Notes: generated from the letters alone by a model not told the origin. Counted from the first letter of the stretch, positions 45,457 through 55,156 are shown. The stretch is 64,000 nucleotides of DNA from a virus (IMGVR_UViG_3300011155_000013:18941-82940), one strand, 5' to 3'. A program made the numbers and translations.

Positions 45457-48400
45457 GCAGCCTCCTTCTCTTCCAACTCTGCGCCGCGGATCTCGGCCCA
45501 GATTTCTTTGGCTTCTTCGAGGCTGCGCTCCACGGCCTCCATGATTTTCTCGTCGCCTGGGTAGCGACCCAGCTCGTGCACCCTTCCCCAGTCGGGACCG
45601 ATGGAGAATTCCGGACACTGCGGAACGGCGTGGCCTGGCGGTGTCGCACTGCGCATGATCTCGTTCATCTCGCGGCAGTATTCGGCGACGTCGTCCTTGT
45701 GGACGAAGGCGACCGTCTCGTCGTAGATCGGAGCGAAGAAGACCATGTCCAGGCGGTCCAGCAGACCGCGCTCGACGATCTTGGTCAGCACGATGCGCAG
45801 CATCTCTGCTGCCGTGCCCTGGATCGTCGCGTTGGTGCCTTGGCGGTGCTGGCGACTGACCTTGCCGTGGTCCTTGGCGAAGATGTCCTCGGTGGCGTGG
45901 CGCTTGGTGCCGAAGGCAGTCAGCGTGAAGCCGTTCTTCTCCATGAACCGCGCGGTTTCCTCTTGCCACTGCGGGATTCGGGCGTACAGCGTCATCGCGC
46001 CATCCAGCAGTTCCTTCGCCTCGTCGATCGGGACGATCAGGTTGCGGGAGAGGGTGGCCGGGCCAGCGCCGTAGGCCAGACCGAAGTTGACGCCCTTGGC
46101 CGACTTGCGGATGCCAGAGGCCAGCTTGTTCAGCGGGTGATCATCGAGGCTGTGGGCCTCGTTGAAGGTGCTGAACGCACTGAGGGTGGCTAGGTCGTCC
46201 TTGTCGTCACCGGGCTTGGTGGACTTCAGCTTGGCGATACCGGAGCCGGTTACGCTGTGCAGGTCCTTCTCGTCGGCCGGATCGTAGGCATCGATCATCA
46301 CCGGGTCGCCAGACTCGCAAGCCAGCAGGCGCAGCTCCTGGCCGTTGTAGTCGATGGCCACTACGACGTGGTCAGGCGACGGCGGCACGAACATGCTGCG
46401 CATCGACTTGTCCTTCTTCGACACCTGCAGCACGTTCGGCGCGGAGCCGGTCGGGCGACGGGTGTCGGTGCCGGCGTCGGTGAACGACGGGTGCAGCTTG
46501 CCGTCCCGGTGTTTCCACAGCGGGTACTTGTCGTGGTACAGGCTGATGCGGGTGCTCGCCGACTTGACCTTCAGCAGGGCGCGCAGGGCGTTGTGCTGCC
46601 AGCTGCCCGCCTCGATGTCGTTGGCGATCGCCGTCTCGATGGCAGTCTCGTCCGTGGACGGGCCAGCCTCGGTGATGCCGACCATGAGGCGGCCTTTGCC
46701 GGCGGTCTTACCGCGCAGGCGAACCGGGACGCCGATCTTGCAGTAGAGCAGCTGCTGCATCTGCACTGGAGATCCGGTGTTCAGCTCGTCGCCGACCTTG
46801 ATCACCTTGGCTTCTACGCCGGCCAGCCGCTGCACGACCTCACCCAACTGGTCGAATGCCTTGCGGGCCTGCTCGGCAGACTTGGCGGCTTTCTCGTCGC
46901 CGTCCTCTGCCTTGGTTTCCAGCAGCTTGACCTTCAGCGCGCCGCGCTCCATTGCCTTGACCAGCGCCGACAGGAATTCAGCCTGACGCGGATCGGAAGG
47001 CATGTCAGCCCCTGCGCCGTCCAGGCCACACTGCTCCAGGTACTCGGAGAGGCCGGAAGCTGTGACCTTGGTGACCTCTGGTAAGCCGATCGCCAGTGCC
47101 GCGGAGGAGAGCTGTTTGGCAGTCAGCGCGAACGCCGGCATCACCCGCTCCTCGCGGTACGGGACGTACTGGCACGCCTGCTCCTGCTTCAGCTGCCATT
47201 CGTACAGCTTCTGCTTGGCTGTTTCAGTGTCGCCTTCGGCCTTCTTCTTGGCCGAGCGGTAGATGAAGTCCTTCTCGGCTTCGATGAACGACTTGCAGCC
47301 CTCGGTGACGCTGCCGGTGACGTTCTCCTGCAGGATGGTGCGCAGCTCTACCATACCTTCGTCGACCTGCTTCAGGTCCCGCTCATGCAGGCGCTTCTGC
47401 AGCGGCCAGTTGATGTCCACACCCTTGATGTAGGCATGCTGCAGGACGACGGTCGGGTTGACCGCCCAACGCTGGTAGAACTCCCATTGCTCGTCGAGCT
47501 GCAGCAGGAGCTTCAGTAGGTCGTACAGCGAACCGGTGACCTGTGCGTCGTCGGCGCCGTAGCTGAACACTTCGTCCAGGGTCAGCTCGCTCATGTTGGC
47601 TGCGCCCTCACCGCCGTTACCGGCAGCCAGGGTTTCCTCGTAGCTCGCCTGCTCGTAGTTCAGGTAGTTGAGCGACAGCGACTTGAGGCCGGCTTCCATG
47701 TTCTCGTTGACATACCGCTGCATCAGCCGGGTGTCGTGGACGTTCTTGAGCTGCAGGTTCAGGTTGGTCTGGCTGACGACGCCTTCGAAGTTGGCGTTGT
47801 GGGCGACCAGTCGGGTACGGCTAGCAGCGTGCTCCAAGATCTCAGCGATGACCGCTTTCGGCAGGTTCGGGCTGTTCTTGTGATCGACGGGGATGTAGAT
47901 CACGTTCTCCAGGTGGCGACCGAACTGGAACGAAGCGCCGCTCAACTCCTGACTGAGCACGTCGACGAACTTGTCGCCCTGCGTAGATGCCTGGGCGAAC
48001 TCCGGGATCGGGTTCTTGTTGGCCGACTCGTAGTCGAACGTGGTGACGTCGCCGGCCTCGATCTCAGCCAGAATGGCGTCGCGCATCTCAGCCCAGTTCT
48101 CGCTGGTGATGGCGATCTGGTTGGGCAGCAGCGCTGCGAACAGCGTGTCCCACAGGTCCTCGGCGCCGGCGGCTTGCAGCAGGCTGTAGGCATGCTGAGC
48201 GTTCGGGATGCGCTTGTGGATCAAAGGGGTGACCAGCTTCTTGGCCCGCGGCTTCCAGCACAGCTCGGGGTGCAGGTTTGCCAGGCGCCACATGGTCCGC
48301 CACTCGCCGAACTGCTCGCGCAGCTTGATGAGGGTCTTGTCGCCGGTGGCCTCGATGGCCTGGTCCAGTAGCTCGGTGCGACCGGTGTCGACGATGTCGC

Positions 48401-49067
48401 GCAGTTCCTCGACACCATCCACCCCGTAGTTCTTCAGCAACGCTGCGAACTTGGCCTCCCCGAGACCCTTGACGCCGCCGTAGTCGTCGCTGGTGTCACC
48501 CAGGATCGACTTGGCGATGCTGGTCAGCTTGTACGGGATGCCCTTGTGCTCGCCGTCGCCGAAGTGTGGCTCGTTCTTCAGATAGACGATGGTGGAGTCG
48601 TTGCACAGCTGCAGCAGGTCGGCGTCGACCGTGTACACCGCCTTCGGGTAGGTGATGCGCTGGCACAGCCAGGCGATGACGTCATCCGCCTCTACGCCTT
48701 TGACGCCGATCTGAGTGGCGCCGATTGCCGAGAAGAACTTCTTGGCCCAGTCGAACAGCAGGTTGCACTGCTCGACCTCGATCGGGCTTTTGACGACGTT
48801 GGCGCGCTGCGCCTTGTATTCCGGGTAGATCGCGGAGCGGTAGTCCTTGCCCATGTCCTGGGCGACGATCAGCGTACGGGGGCTGCCACCCTGCTGAATG
48901 ATCGGCTCGATGTAGCGGCTGATCAGCCCTTGGGCAGCGCACTGCCAGGTCGGGAATCGGCGGCCGGTTTCTTCGCAGAAGATTGCCTCGGGGTCGGAAG
49001 CGCCGTAGTAGGCGTGCTTTACAACCGCACGGAAATCGAGAATCGCATAGGAAGTGGTGTCTTCCAT
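45453..49067 (-). CDS. family A DNA polymerase (Pol I-like) with N-terminal 5'-3' exonuclease and 3'-5' exonuclease domains
   Basis: Pol A motifs (…DYNGQELRLLA…, KxxxNFGLAYGAG, …HDE…). ATG at 49067 with AAGGAG SD. Confidence 0.85.
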   Translation of the reverse strand: MEDTTSYAILDFRAVVKHAYYGASDPEAIFCEETGRRFPTWQCAAQGLISRYIEPIIQQGGSPRTLIVAQDMGKDYRSAIYPEYKAQRANVVKSPIEVEQCNLLFDWAKKFFSAIGATQIGVKGVEADDVIAWLCQRITYPKAVYTVDADLLQLCNDSTIVYLKNEPHFGDGEHKGIPYKLTSIAKSILGDTSDDYGGVKGLGEAKFAALLKNYGVDGVEELRDIVDTGRTELLDQAIEATGDKTLIKLREQFGEWRTMWRLANLHPELCWKPRAKKLVTPLIHKRIPNAQHAYSLLQAAGAEDLWDTLFAALLPNQIAITSENWAEMRDAILAEIEAGDVTTFDYESANKNPIPEFAQASTQGDKFVDVLSQELSGASFQFGRHLENVIYIPVDHKNSPNLPKAVIAEILEHAASRTRLVAHNANFEGVVSQTNLNLQLKNVHDTRLMQRYVNENMEAGLKSLSLNYLNYEQASYEETLAAGNGGEGAANMSELTLDEVFSYGADDAQVTGSLYDLLKLLLQLDEQWEFYQRWAVNPTVVLQHAYIKGVDINWPLQKRLHERDLKQVDEGMVELRTILQENVTGSVTEGCKSFIEAEKDFIYRSAKKKAEGDTETAKQKLYEWQLKQEQACQYVPYREERVMPAFALTAKQLSSAALAIGLPEVTKVTASGLSEYLEQCGLDGAGADMPSDPRQAEFLSALVKAMERGALKVKLLETKAEDGDEKAAKSAEQARKAFDQLGEVVQRLAGVEAKVIKVGDELNTGSPVQMQQLLYCKIGVPVRLRGKTAGKGRLMVGITEAGPSTDETAIETAIANDIEAGSWQHNALRALLKVKSASTRISLYHDKYPLWKHRDGKLHPSFTDAGTDTRRPTGSAPNVLQVSKKDKSMRSMFVPPSPDHVVVAIDYNGQELRLLACESGDPVMIDAYDPADEKDLHSVTGSGIAKLKSTKPGDDKDDLATLSAFSTFNEAHSLDDHPLNKLASGIRKSAKGVNFGLAYGAGPATLSRNLIVPIDEAKELLDGAMTLYARIPQWQEETARFMEKNGFTLTAFGTKRHATEDIFAKDHGKVSRQHRQGTNATIQGTAAEMLRIVLTKIVERGLLDRLDMVFFAPIYDETVAFVHKDDVAEYCREMNEIMRSATPPGHAVPQCPEFSIGPDWGRVHELGRYPGDEKIMEAVERSLEEAKEIWAEIRGAELEEKEAA

Positions 49068-49077
49068 GGTGAACTCC

Positions 49078-49113
49078 TTAAATACGGGATCTATTGCCCC
49101 ATAAATACAGGTT
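49078..49113. promoter_or_regulatory. two half-sites (ttaaatacggg ... ataaatacaggtt) upstream of the Pol A gene; the proximal one overlaps its SD
   Basis: Seen in sequence. Confidence 0.5.
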
Positions 49114-49329
49114 GGCGCGAGACTTCCATCGCGCCGGCGGGTTACCGCTTGGTGAGACACCTGCGGCAGTGGCACACGTCTCCGTGCTCTTGTTCCTTGG
49201 CCTGGACCCCGAAACACCAGCACGTCGACTTGCCTGCCTCGATGTCACACCTGACGGGTGCCGAGCAGGCCGGGCATGGGTGGGTACCCTGCCCGGCCTC
49301 CAAGGACTTCAGGATTTGCATCCTGTCCT

Positions 49330-51345
49330 TCATTTCACTTCACAGCCGCCTGCGCCGCAGGCGATTTCACCTGTCAGGTCGGTGTTGTCATCGCGCTCAA
49401 CCACTCGGGTGAGATCGATGGCCGTTACCGTGCCGATCAGGTCGCGGTATTGCTCAGCCGTGATGTCCTCAAACGGGGCCTGCTGGTAGGTGCCGCCGTC
49501 ATATGGCAGGACGCTGATGCCGTTGTAGAGGTCGCGGTTTTCCCACATCCACCGGCTGACCAGAGGCCACTCGTCGTCCTTCACACTGATCGTGCAAGAC
49601 ACGTTGTGAGTGTTGTCGCCGCTGACGTGGCCAGCGCGGACCCATTCCAGGTTGAACCGCTTGACTCGTTCCAGCAGAGACTCAGGCGACTCCGTACGCA
49701 GGATCGCGCCTTCAGGTGCTTTTTGCGGCACGCTGATGACGGCTTGCTCTTGCGGGCGGAAGTATTCGTCTTCGACCAGCTCAGGGTGGTGCTCAGCCAG
49801 GTACTGGTAGATCGCCTCGTTTTTGCCGACGCGGACTCGGCGGATGTAGTAGGGGGCGTGCCAGGCGTGAATGCCGGAGGCGCTGCCCAGGACCAGCGAG
49901 GTGGTGCCGGCGGGCTTGACGGTGCTGGTACGAGCCGCGACGTTGATGCCGATGATGGCTGCAACCCGGGCGTTCTCCTGCTTCACCACCTCAGCCGCCT
50001 CGGTCAGGTCCAGCGGCAGCACCGCACCGGAGCCTATGCCTGTCATGCCGACACCGATCAGTGCGTCTTCTTCGGTGGTCTGCTTCCAAACCGGGCGCAG
50101 GTAGTGGAAGTCAGTGAAGCCAGCCTGCAGCGTTCCGATAAACGCGGCGGCGCGGGCTCGAGCATTCAGTTCCTCCTGGGTGAAGGCGTCGTCAGCGTTG
50201 ATCTCAGTCAGGTTGCAGAACTGGTTAGGTTTGAGCCCGATCTCGCAGCAGGGGTTGGTACCCCAATCGAGATTGTTGGTCCAGTACACCCCCGGCTCGC
50301 CGGCGCCGCTGGCTTCTACCGTGGCCATGAGGTCCATGAACTCGGCTTCGGTCAGGCTGCCGCGGAGCAGGTTGGCGCTGTTGTTTGCCCGGCCGCGTTG
50401 CGGCTCGAAGAGGTACCAAGGGAGGGTGCCGGCGTCCTTCCATGCGTCCAGTTGGGACTGGTGGAGAATGACGTTGTGGTAGTCACGGCCAGCTGCAGTG
50501 ATGTCGCACTCGAACAGTTCGTTGCTGCCTGCCAGTGGCTCCGTGCGATGGAATGTGCAGCGCAGGTTGGACTTGCAGGTGAGCATGTCCTGGTCGTCGA
50601 GGTCGAACAGCACGATCATAGCAGCTCGTCGAATGCCGCCGGCCAGCACCGCGTCCGCGATGTGGCAAAGCATGTCATGCACTTCGATCGGTTTCAGACT
50701 GGTACCGGCACCGCGCTCTGCGATCGCCTGGTCCATCACCTGCTGAAGTTTCTGCAGGCAGGTGGCCAGCGGCTGCGGGCCTGGCGCTTTGCCGCCGGAA
50801 GTGATCAGACGGGCGCCTTTGGGTCGTACATCGCTGAAGTCGAAGCGTGGCAGGTCTCGGCCAAGGAAGTAGGCCTTGACCAGCATCTTGACTGCATCGG
50901 CCCAGCCTTCGATTGAGTCGCCGACTACGAAACGGCGGGAGTCCTTCGAGGGGCCAACCAAGGCAGGCAGCCGGCCTACGTGGCGACGCTGCACGGAGTA
51001 GCCGAGGCCGGTACCGCCCAGCAGCAGGAACATGGCTTCACTGAACACGGCAGGGTGGTCAGCAGGGGCAAAAGCACAGTTGAAGATGCGACTCTGGGTC
51101 AGCTCGATCGGCGCTCCGCCGAACTGCAGACTGCGCATCGACGGCAGCACTTTCTTGGTGAGCACGAACTCCTTGTACACCCGCTGGATCTCGGCACGGA
51201 GTTGAGGGTAGCGGCGGACGTGCATGGCCATGTTGCGCTCGCACAACTCTTCCCAGGTCTCGCGGCGGGCGATCTCCGGGACGTGGCGGGCATATTTCAT
51301 ATGCGTCGTCAAGGAACTTAATACTTCTACTGATACATCTTTCAT
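49330..51345 (-). CDS. ribonucleotide reductase, class II-like (single-chain)
   Basis: Active-site motifs NPCCEI and CNLTEIN. 671 aa. Start coupled to the endoVII stop. Confidence 0.7.
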   Translation of the reverse strand: MKDVSVEVLSSLTTHMKYARHVPEIARRETWEELCERNMAMHVRRYPQLRAEIQRVYKEFVLTKKVLPSMRSLQFGGAPIELTQSRIFNCAFAPADHPAVFSEAMFLLLGGTGLGYSVQRRHVGRLPALVGPSKDSRRFVVGDSIEGWADAVKMLVKAYFLGRDLPRFDFSDVRPKGARLITSGGKAPGPQPLATCLQKLQQVMDQAIAERGAGTSLKPIEVHDMLCHIADAVLAGGIRRAAMIVLFDLDDQDMLTCKSNLRCTFHRTEPLAGSNELFECDITAAGRDYHNVILHQSQLDAWKDAGTLPWYLFEPQRGRANNSANLLRGSLTEAEFMDLMATVEASGAGEPGVYWTNNLDWGTNPCCEIGLKPNQFCNLTEINADDAFTQEELNARARAAAFIGTLQAGFTDFHYLRPVWKQTTEEDALIGVGMTGIGSGAVLPLDLTEAAEVVKQENARVAAIIGINVAARTSTVKPAGTTSLVLGSASGIHAWHAPYYIRRVRVGKNEAIYQYLAEHHPELVEDEYFRPQEQAVISVPQKAPEGAILRTESPESLLERVKRFNLEWVRAGHVSGDNTHNVSCTISVKDDEWPLVSRWMWENRDLYNGISVLPYDGGTYQQAPFEDITAEQYRDLIGTVTAIDLTRVVERDDNTDLTGEIACGAGGCEVK

Positions 51346-51830
51346 TCTATTCGTTCCAGATAGGAAGCTGCAGCTCGCAGCGACTCAACGTTGTCTTTAA
51401 AGGCGCCTAGACCTTTGTTGCAGAGATGGCACAGCAGTCCTCTAACCTTCCCCGTGGTGTGGCAGTGGTCGATGTTTACTGAGCCGTGCTTTACCTGCCC
51501 TCCGCAGATCTCGCACTTTCCAGTGAACCGCTGGTTGAACCACTCACGGGTGACCCCGTACCGCTCAAATCGCATTACCTCCCGGTAGTACACTTTTCGG
51601 CGCGCGACACTGCACTCTTGGCAGACGCTGTTGTGCTTCTGCGGGCGGAGCCTGCAGTCGTTACACAACTTTTTTCCGTCGGGGGTGTAAGCCATTCCCT
51701 TGCCGCCGGCCTTTAAGGAGTTGGCGCAGGAGGTGCAGGGCCTGCCCCTACCTCTTTCGAGGTTCTGCTTATTCGCGTAATGCCGTGCTTTTTTACAGAC
51801 GGGGCACGGGTAGCCGAGGATCTTTTCCAC
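51342..51830 (-). CDS. endonuclease VII-family Holliday junction resolvase
   Basis: IDHCHTTGKVRGLLCHLCNKGLG signature plus N-terminal Cys clusters. Confidence 0.75.
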   Translation of the reverse strand: MEKILGYPCPVCKKARHYANKQNLERGRGRPCTSCANSLKAGGKGMAYTPDGKKLCNDCRLRPQKHNSVCQECSVARRKVYYREVMRFERYGVTREWFNQRFTGKCEICGGQVKHGSVNIDHCHTTGKVRGLLCHLCNKGLGAFKDNVESLRAAASYLERIE

Positions 51831-51843
51831 TTAGGCTCTCCGG

Positions 51844-52572
51844 CTAGCTCACAAGCGCAGCCCACGAAACTGGATACAACGGGGCGATGATCTCGTTGAC
51901 CTGCTCGGCCAGATGCTGGATCTCGACCTGGGCGTGGCTGTCGCTGCGCTGGTTGTAGAAGTTGGAAAAGGCGTACAGCGAGCCGGTCCACACCCAGTTC
52001 ACTTCAGTGCCCTGCGGCAGGATGAGGCGAGCCTGCTCGGGGCAGACCCCGTCCTGGATCATGGCTTCGTACTGGTCGATCAGCGCCTTGCAAGTTCCGG
52101 TGTAGCTCGCCAGCCATGCGGCACTGCGCGGGTGAACCCCGCCCGACCCCTGCTTCACATTCTCGGCCGCGGCCCGGAAGTGCTCGGGGACGAAGAACTC
52201 CGGACGACTGCTGATGTAGCGGCGGCTCTCCTCGGACTCGACGAAGCCGATCTTGTGCTTGAACGCCTGGCGGGCGATTGGCACAGGTGCTTGCATGCGC
52301 AACGAGATGTGCGGGTGACCGAACGGAACCCAATGCTCGGGGATTTTGCGCAGGTAGTTGGCCAGCTTTGTGGCCTGCTCCTTGGTGACCGCCAGGATCA
52401 TCGAGTCGATCAGCGCTTCCCAGTCGCCGGTCTTCATGCCGCGCGCCAGGAAACGGATCAGGCTGTGGTTCTGCTCAGTCGGGAACTGCTCAGCCAGCTT
52501 GCCGAACGACTGCCGGGCGAAGTTCGCCACGTCGGTGTCGGTCAGGTAGTGGTTTTCGTAGACTGCTTTCAT
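51844..52572 (-). CDS. thyX: flavin-dependent thymidylate synthase ThyX-like
   Basis: HPHISLRMQAPVPIARQAFKHK...ESRRY resembles the ThyX HxS..EH...SR..Q..RHR...S.RY core. ATG at 52572 with AGGAAG SD. Confidence 0.55.
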   Translation of the reverse strand: MKAVYENHYLTDTDVANFARQSFGKLAEQFPTEQNHSLIRFLARGMKTGDWEALIDSMILAVTKEQATKLANYLRKIPEHWVPFGHPHISLRMQAPVPIARQAFKHKIGFVESEESRRYISSRPEFFVPEHFRAAAENVKQGSGGVHPRSAAWLASYTGTCKALIDQYEAMIQDGVCPEQARLILPQGTEVNWVWTGSLYAFSNFYNQRSDSHAQVEIQHLAEQVNEIIAPLYPVSWAALVS

Positions 52573-52579
52573 TCTGCTT

Positions 52580-52595
52580 CCTGTAAATACAGGTT
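52580..52595. promoter_or_regulatory. cctgtaaatacaggtt, immediately upstream of and overlapping the SD of the ThyX-like gene
   Basis: Seen in sequence. Confidence 0.55.
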
Positions 52596-52600
52596 TGTGA

Positions 52601-53080
52601 TCAAACCTTGTGGCTACCTTCAACCCCTCGAGCCATCCGCTCACGGGTGCGATTCAGCAGGATCTCCTGAGCGGCCTTCAGGTGGCCCAGACAGTCCTGG
52701 TTGGCTTGGCAGGCGAACGGGCCGGACTGGAAGCCGGTGATGCGGTCGATCAACACCTCCAGGAGCACTTCATGGGTAATGCCGTTGACCCCGGATTCCG
52801 GTATCGGGCCGTTCTGGAACAACAGCAGCAGGTCATCCGTCTTGTTGACCGTGTGACGGAAGTGGAGCGCAATCTCTGGAGCAGGGTTCGGGTTCTCATC
52901 CAGATACTGCTTGGCGTTGAGGTACCGGCCGTGCTTGGGGTGGCTGGGGTTGGCCAGCTGTTTGGCGCCGCTGATCAGGTATGCGTGGTTGGCTCCGCCG
53001 CTGCCAGGTTCGTCAGTGACGGTGATGTTGATGGTGTCGTTGGCGGGATTGACTTTGTGGCCGTTCAATTCACGTGACAT
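52601..53080 (-). CDS. hypothetical protein (159 aa)
   Basis: Clean ORF. No family recognised. Confidence 0.45.
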   Translation of the reverse strand: MSRELNGHKVNPANDTINITVTDEPGSGGANHAYLISGAKQLANPSHPKHGRYLNAKQYLDENPNPAPEIALHFRHTVNKTDDLLLLFQNGPIPESGVNGITHEVLLEVLIDRITGFQSGPFACQANQDCLGHLKAAQEILLNRTRERMARGVEGSHKV

Positions 53081-53107
53081 ATCTGTCTCCGATGGGGTGG
53101 TAAAAAG

Positions 53108-53137
53108 CCGCCGGCAATCCCTCGGCGGTTTTGTTCA
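53108..53137 (-). terminator. rho-independent terminator after the SPFH gene
   Basis: CCGCCG...CGGCGG stem followed by a T-run on the minus strand. Confidence 0.6.
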
Positions 53138-53138
53138 G

Positions 53139-53996
53139 CTACTTGAGCTGGATGAACGGCATCGCGCCGTCAGCACCCATGAAGGTCGGCATGACGCCGT
53201 TCCATTTTTCGATGGCGTTGAGGGTCGCCACATCGCTGTTGGCGCGCAGTGCTTCGGCCTTGAGCTTGATGGCGTCGGCGTCGGCGCGGGCGACAATCAG
53301 GCGGGCGTCTGCTTCGCCCTGGGCGGTTTCGCGTGCCTTTTGGGCTTCGGCCTTGGCCTGCTCGATTTCGTTACGACGCTGCTCGGCCATTTGCGTGGCT
53401 TGCAGCTTGGCGTTCAGTGCCTGGGTCATCGCCGGGGGCAGACGTACCGCGCCGATCCAGTAGATGCGCTCGATGTTGATGCCGAACGGCTCGACCTGCT
53501 GGCGGACGCGCTCCTGGGCACGGGCGATGATGTCGGCCTTGCCCTCGCCATAGACGGCTTCTACGGGGCGGGAACCTGCCTCGCTGACCAAGGCGTCGCG
53601 CACCATATTTCGCAGGTAGACGTCGGTGATCTCGTTGATGCCCTTGCGATACTTCTGGAAGATGTCGGTGACCTTGCTGGGGTCGATGGCGTAGGTGATA
53701 CCGATGTCTGCGTTGACTTCCATACCCTCCTTCGTCTGGAAGCTGATCGACTCATCCCCGGTACCGCCATCGGTACCGGCAGTCCATACGAAGTTCTGGC
53801 TGAACGTCGGGAACAGGTACAGCTCTTCATTGATGCCGATCCAGTAGCGGCCGACTCCGAGCTCCACGGAATCGACACCCTTCTCGCCGCCGAGCAGATA
53901 GACCTTTACGCCCACATGGCCGGAGGGGACTTTGCTGCAACCTACCGCGAGTACCGCGAGAAGGCCGATAGCGAGGAATTTAAGCGATTTATTCAC
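53139..53996 (-). CDS. SPFH/band-7 (prohibitin/HflC-like) lipoprotein
   Basis: GTG at 53996 with AAAGGGA SD. LAVGC lipobox. SPFH core followed by an Ala/Glu/Gln-rich coiled coil. Confidence 0.7.
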   Translation of the reverse strand: MNKSLKFLAIGLLAVLAVGCSKVPSGHVGVKVYLLGGEKGVDSVELGVGRYWIGINEELYLFPTFSQNFVWTAGTDGGTGDESISFQTKEGMEVNADIGITYAIDPSKVTDIFQKYRKGINEITDVYLRNMVRDALVSEAGSRPVEAVYGEGKADIIARAQERVRQQVEPFGINIERIYWIGAVRLPPAMTQALNAKLQATQMAEQRRNEIEQAKAEAQKARETAQGEADARLIVARADADAIKLKAEALRANSDVATLNAIEKWNGVMPTFMGADGAMPFIQLK

Positions 53997-54192
53997 GGAA
54001 ATTTCCCTTTGGAAACAGGAGCTTGTAGGTGATAACGCACCACACCGGCAAGAAGAGGACGGCGGTGAGGGCGCCAAGGGCAGCGTGCAGCGAGTCCCGG
54101 CTGCTGACCAACGACGGTAGAATCAGGCCGTAAACGACCAGAAGCAGAATTGCAGCGACGGTGACGACCATCAGTCGAGTGAGCGATTTCAT
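53989..54192 (-). CDS. small two-TM membrane protein (67 aa), partner of the SPFH gene
   Basis: Two hydrophobic helices. Overlaps the SPFH start by 8 nt. Confidence 0.45.
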   Translation of the reverse strand: MKSLTRLMVVTVAAILLLVVYGLILPSLVSSRDSLHAALGALTAVLFLPVWCVITYKLLFPKGNFRE

Positions 54193-54217
54193 TCAGCGAT
54201 CCTGGTGAGGGGTAAAA

Positions 54218-54243
54218 AGCCGCCCCGAAAGGCGGCTTTTTGC
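54218..54243. terminator. bidirectional rho-independent terminator (A5-GCCGCC-ccgaaa-GGCGGC-T5)
   Basis: Symmetric GC hairpin flanked by an A-run and a T-run. Confidence 0.7.
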
Positions 54244-54255
54244 ACAGCGATCCGA

Positions 54256-55080
54256 TCAGCCTTCGTAGCGGCCGACGGTCTTGAACACCCACGGGCGGAA
54301 CGCCTTGGTGCCTTCGCCGACCTTCTTGCCGACCTGGCACTGGGTCACCACCTGGTCGAGGCGGGCGCCGCGCAGCTTGGTGTAAGCCTGGGCAGCGGCC
54401 CCGGCGAGGCGGGCCTTGGAGGCCGGCGGGATGCTCAGCATGACCATCTGCTGCTCGTACTCGTCGTCGCGGTTGACCAGCGTGGCCATGGCCTCGAGGT
54501 ATTCCTTGATGTCGAGCGGGGACTCTTCACCACCGTAGCCTTCGTCGGCCCAGTCGTGCAGCTTCTCGGCCGCGCAGCTGCCGTCGGTGAACGTCGCGCC
54601 GGTGGCGTCGTAGGAGTAGTAGGACTCGGCGTCCTGGTCGGTGCTCTGGCGAACAACGTACAGGCGGCGGGTGCTGTGGATCACGCAGTCGAACTCGGTG
54701 CCCAGCTCAGCCTCTTCGCTGCCCAGCAGGAACTTGCCTTCGTGCATCTTGATGCGGTCGAAGGACATACCGGTCAGGTCCAGGCCTTCGAAGCCGGCGG
54801 CTGCCTGGTCTGCGGAGAACTGTGCCATTGCGTTGGTGCGCTGCTCGGTGACCGAAACGGCCTTCTGTTCCGCGAGTTCAGCGACGACTACACCCTGGAC
54901 GGCTTCAACACCTTGCTCGGTCATCGGCTCGCTGGAAGCGACAGCCTCGGAAGCTGCCGCGGAGACGACCTCCGGCTCAGCGACAGCGGCGGTTGCGGTG
55001 GCTTCCACACCGGCAGTGTTCAGGGTTTCAGCTTCGTCTTGGGTCTTGGTTACTTGGGGGCGTGCGAGTGCCATGGTCAT
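54256..55080 (-). CDS. hypothetical acidic protein (274 aa); speculative ssDNA-binding or recombination mediator
   Basis: Low-complexity Ala/Glu/Val N-terminus. No family recognised. Sits in the replication module, which lacks an obvious SSB. Confidence 0.4.
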   Translation of the reverse strand: MTMALARPQVTKTQDEAETLNTAGVEATATAAVAEPEVVSAAASEAVASSEPMTEQGVEAVQGVVVAELAEQKAVSVTEQRTNAMAQFSADQAAAGFEGLDLTGMSFDRIKMHEGKFLLGSEEAELGTEFDCVIHSTRRLYVVRQSTDQDAESYYSYDATGATFTDGSCAAEKLHDWADEGYGGEESPLDIKEYLEAMATLVNRDDEYEQQMVMLSIPPASKARLAGAAAQAYTKLRGARLDQVVTQCQVGKKVGEGTKAFRPWVFKTVGRYEG

Positions 55081-55111
55081 TTTCCTTTTAGATCGTCAGT
55101 TGTCCGCATCG

Positions 55112-55156
55112 CTGTATCTACAGAAATACAGGAATACGGTCGTGGCTTTATACAGG
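55112..55156. promoter_or_regulatory. cluster of four sites or half-sites (ctgtatctacag, aaatacagg, aatacgg, ttatacagg) upstream of the 274-aa gene
   Basis: Seen in sequence. Confidence 0.55.

Noticed and set aside
45175-45969. 264-aa Arg/Gly-rich ORF on the minus strand
   Set aside because: It overlaps the 3' end of the Pol A gene in another frame. The composition is typical of an out-of-frame GC-rich translation. Only the last 93 codons (45175..45456), which follow a proper ATG coupled to the Pol A stop, are kept.
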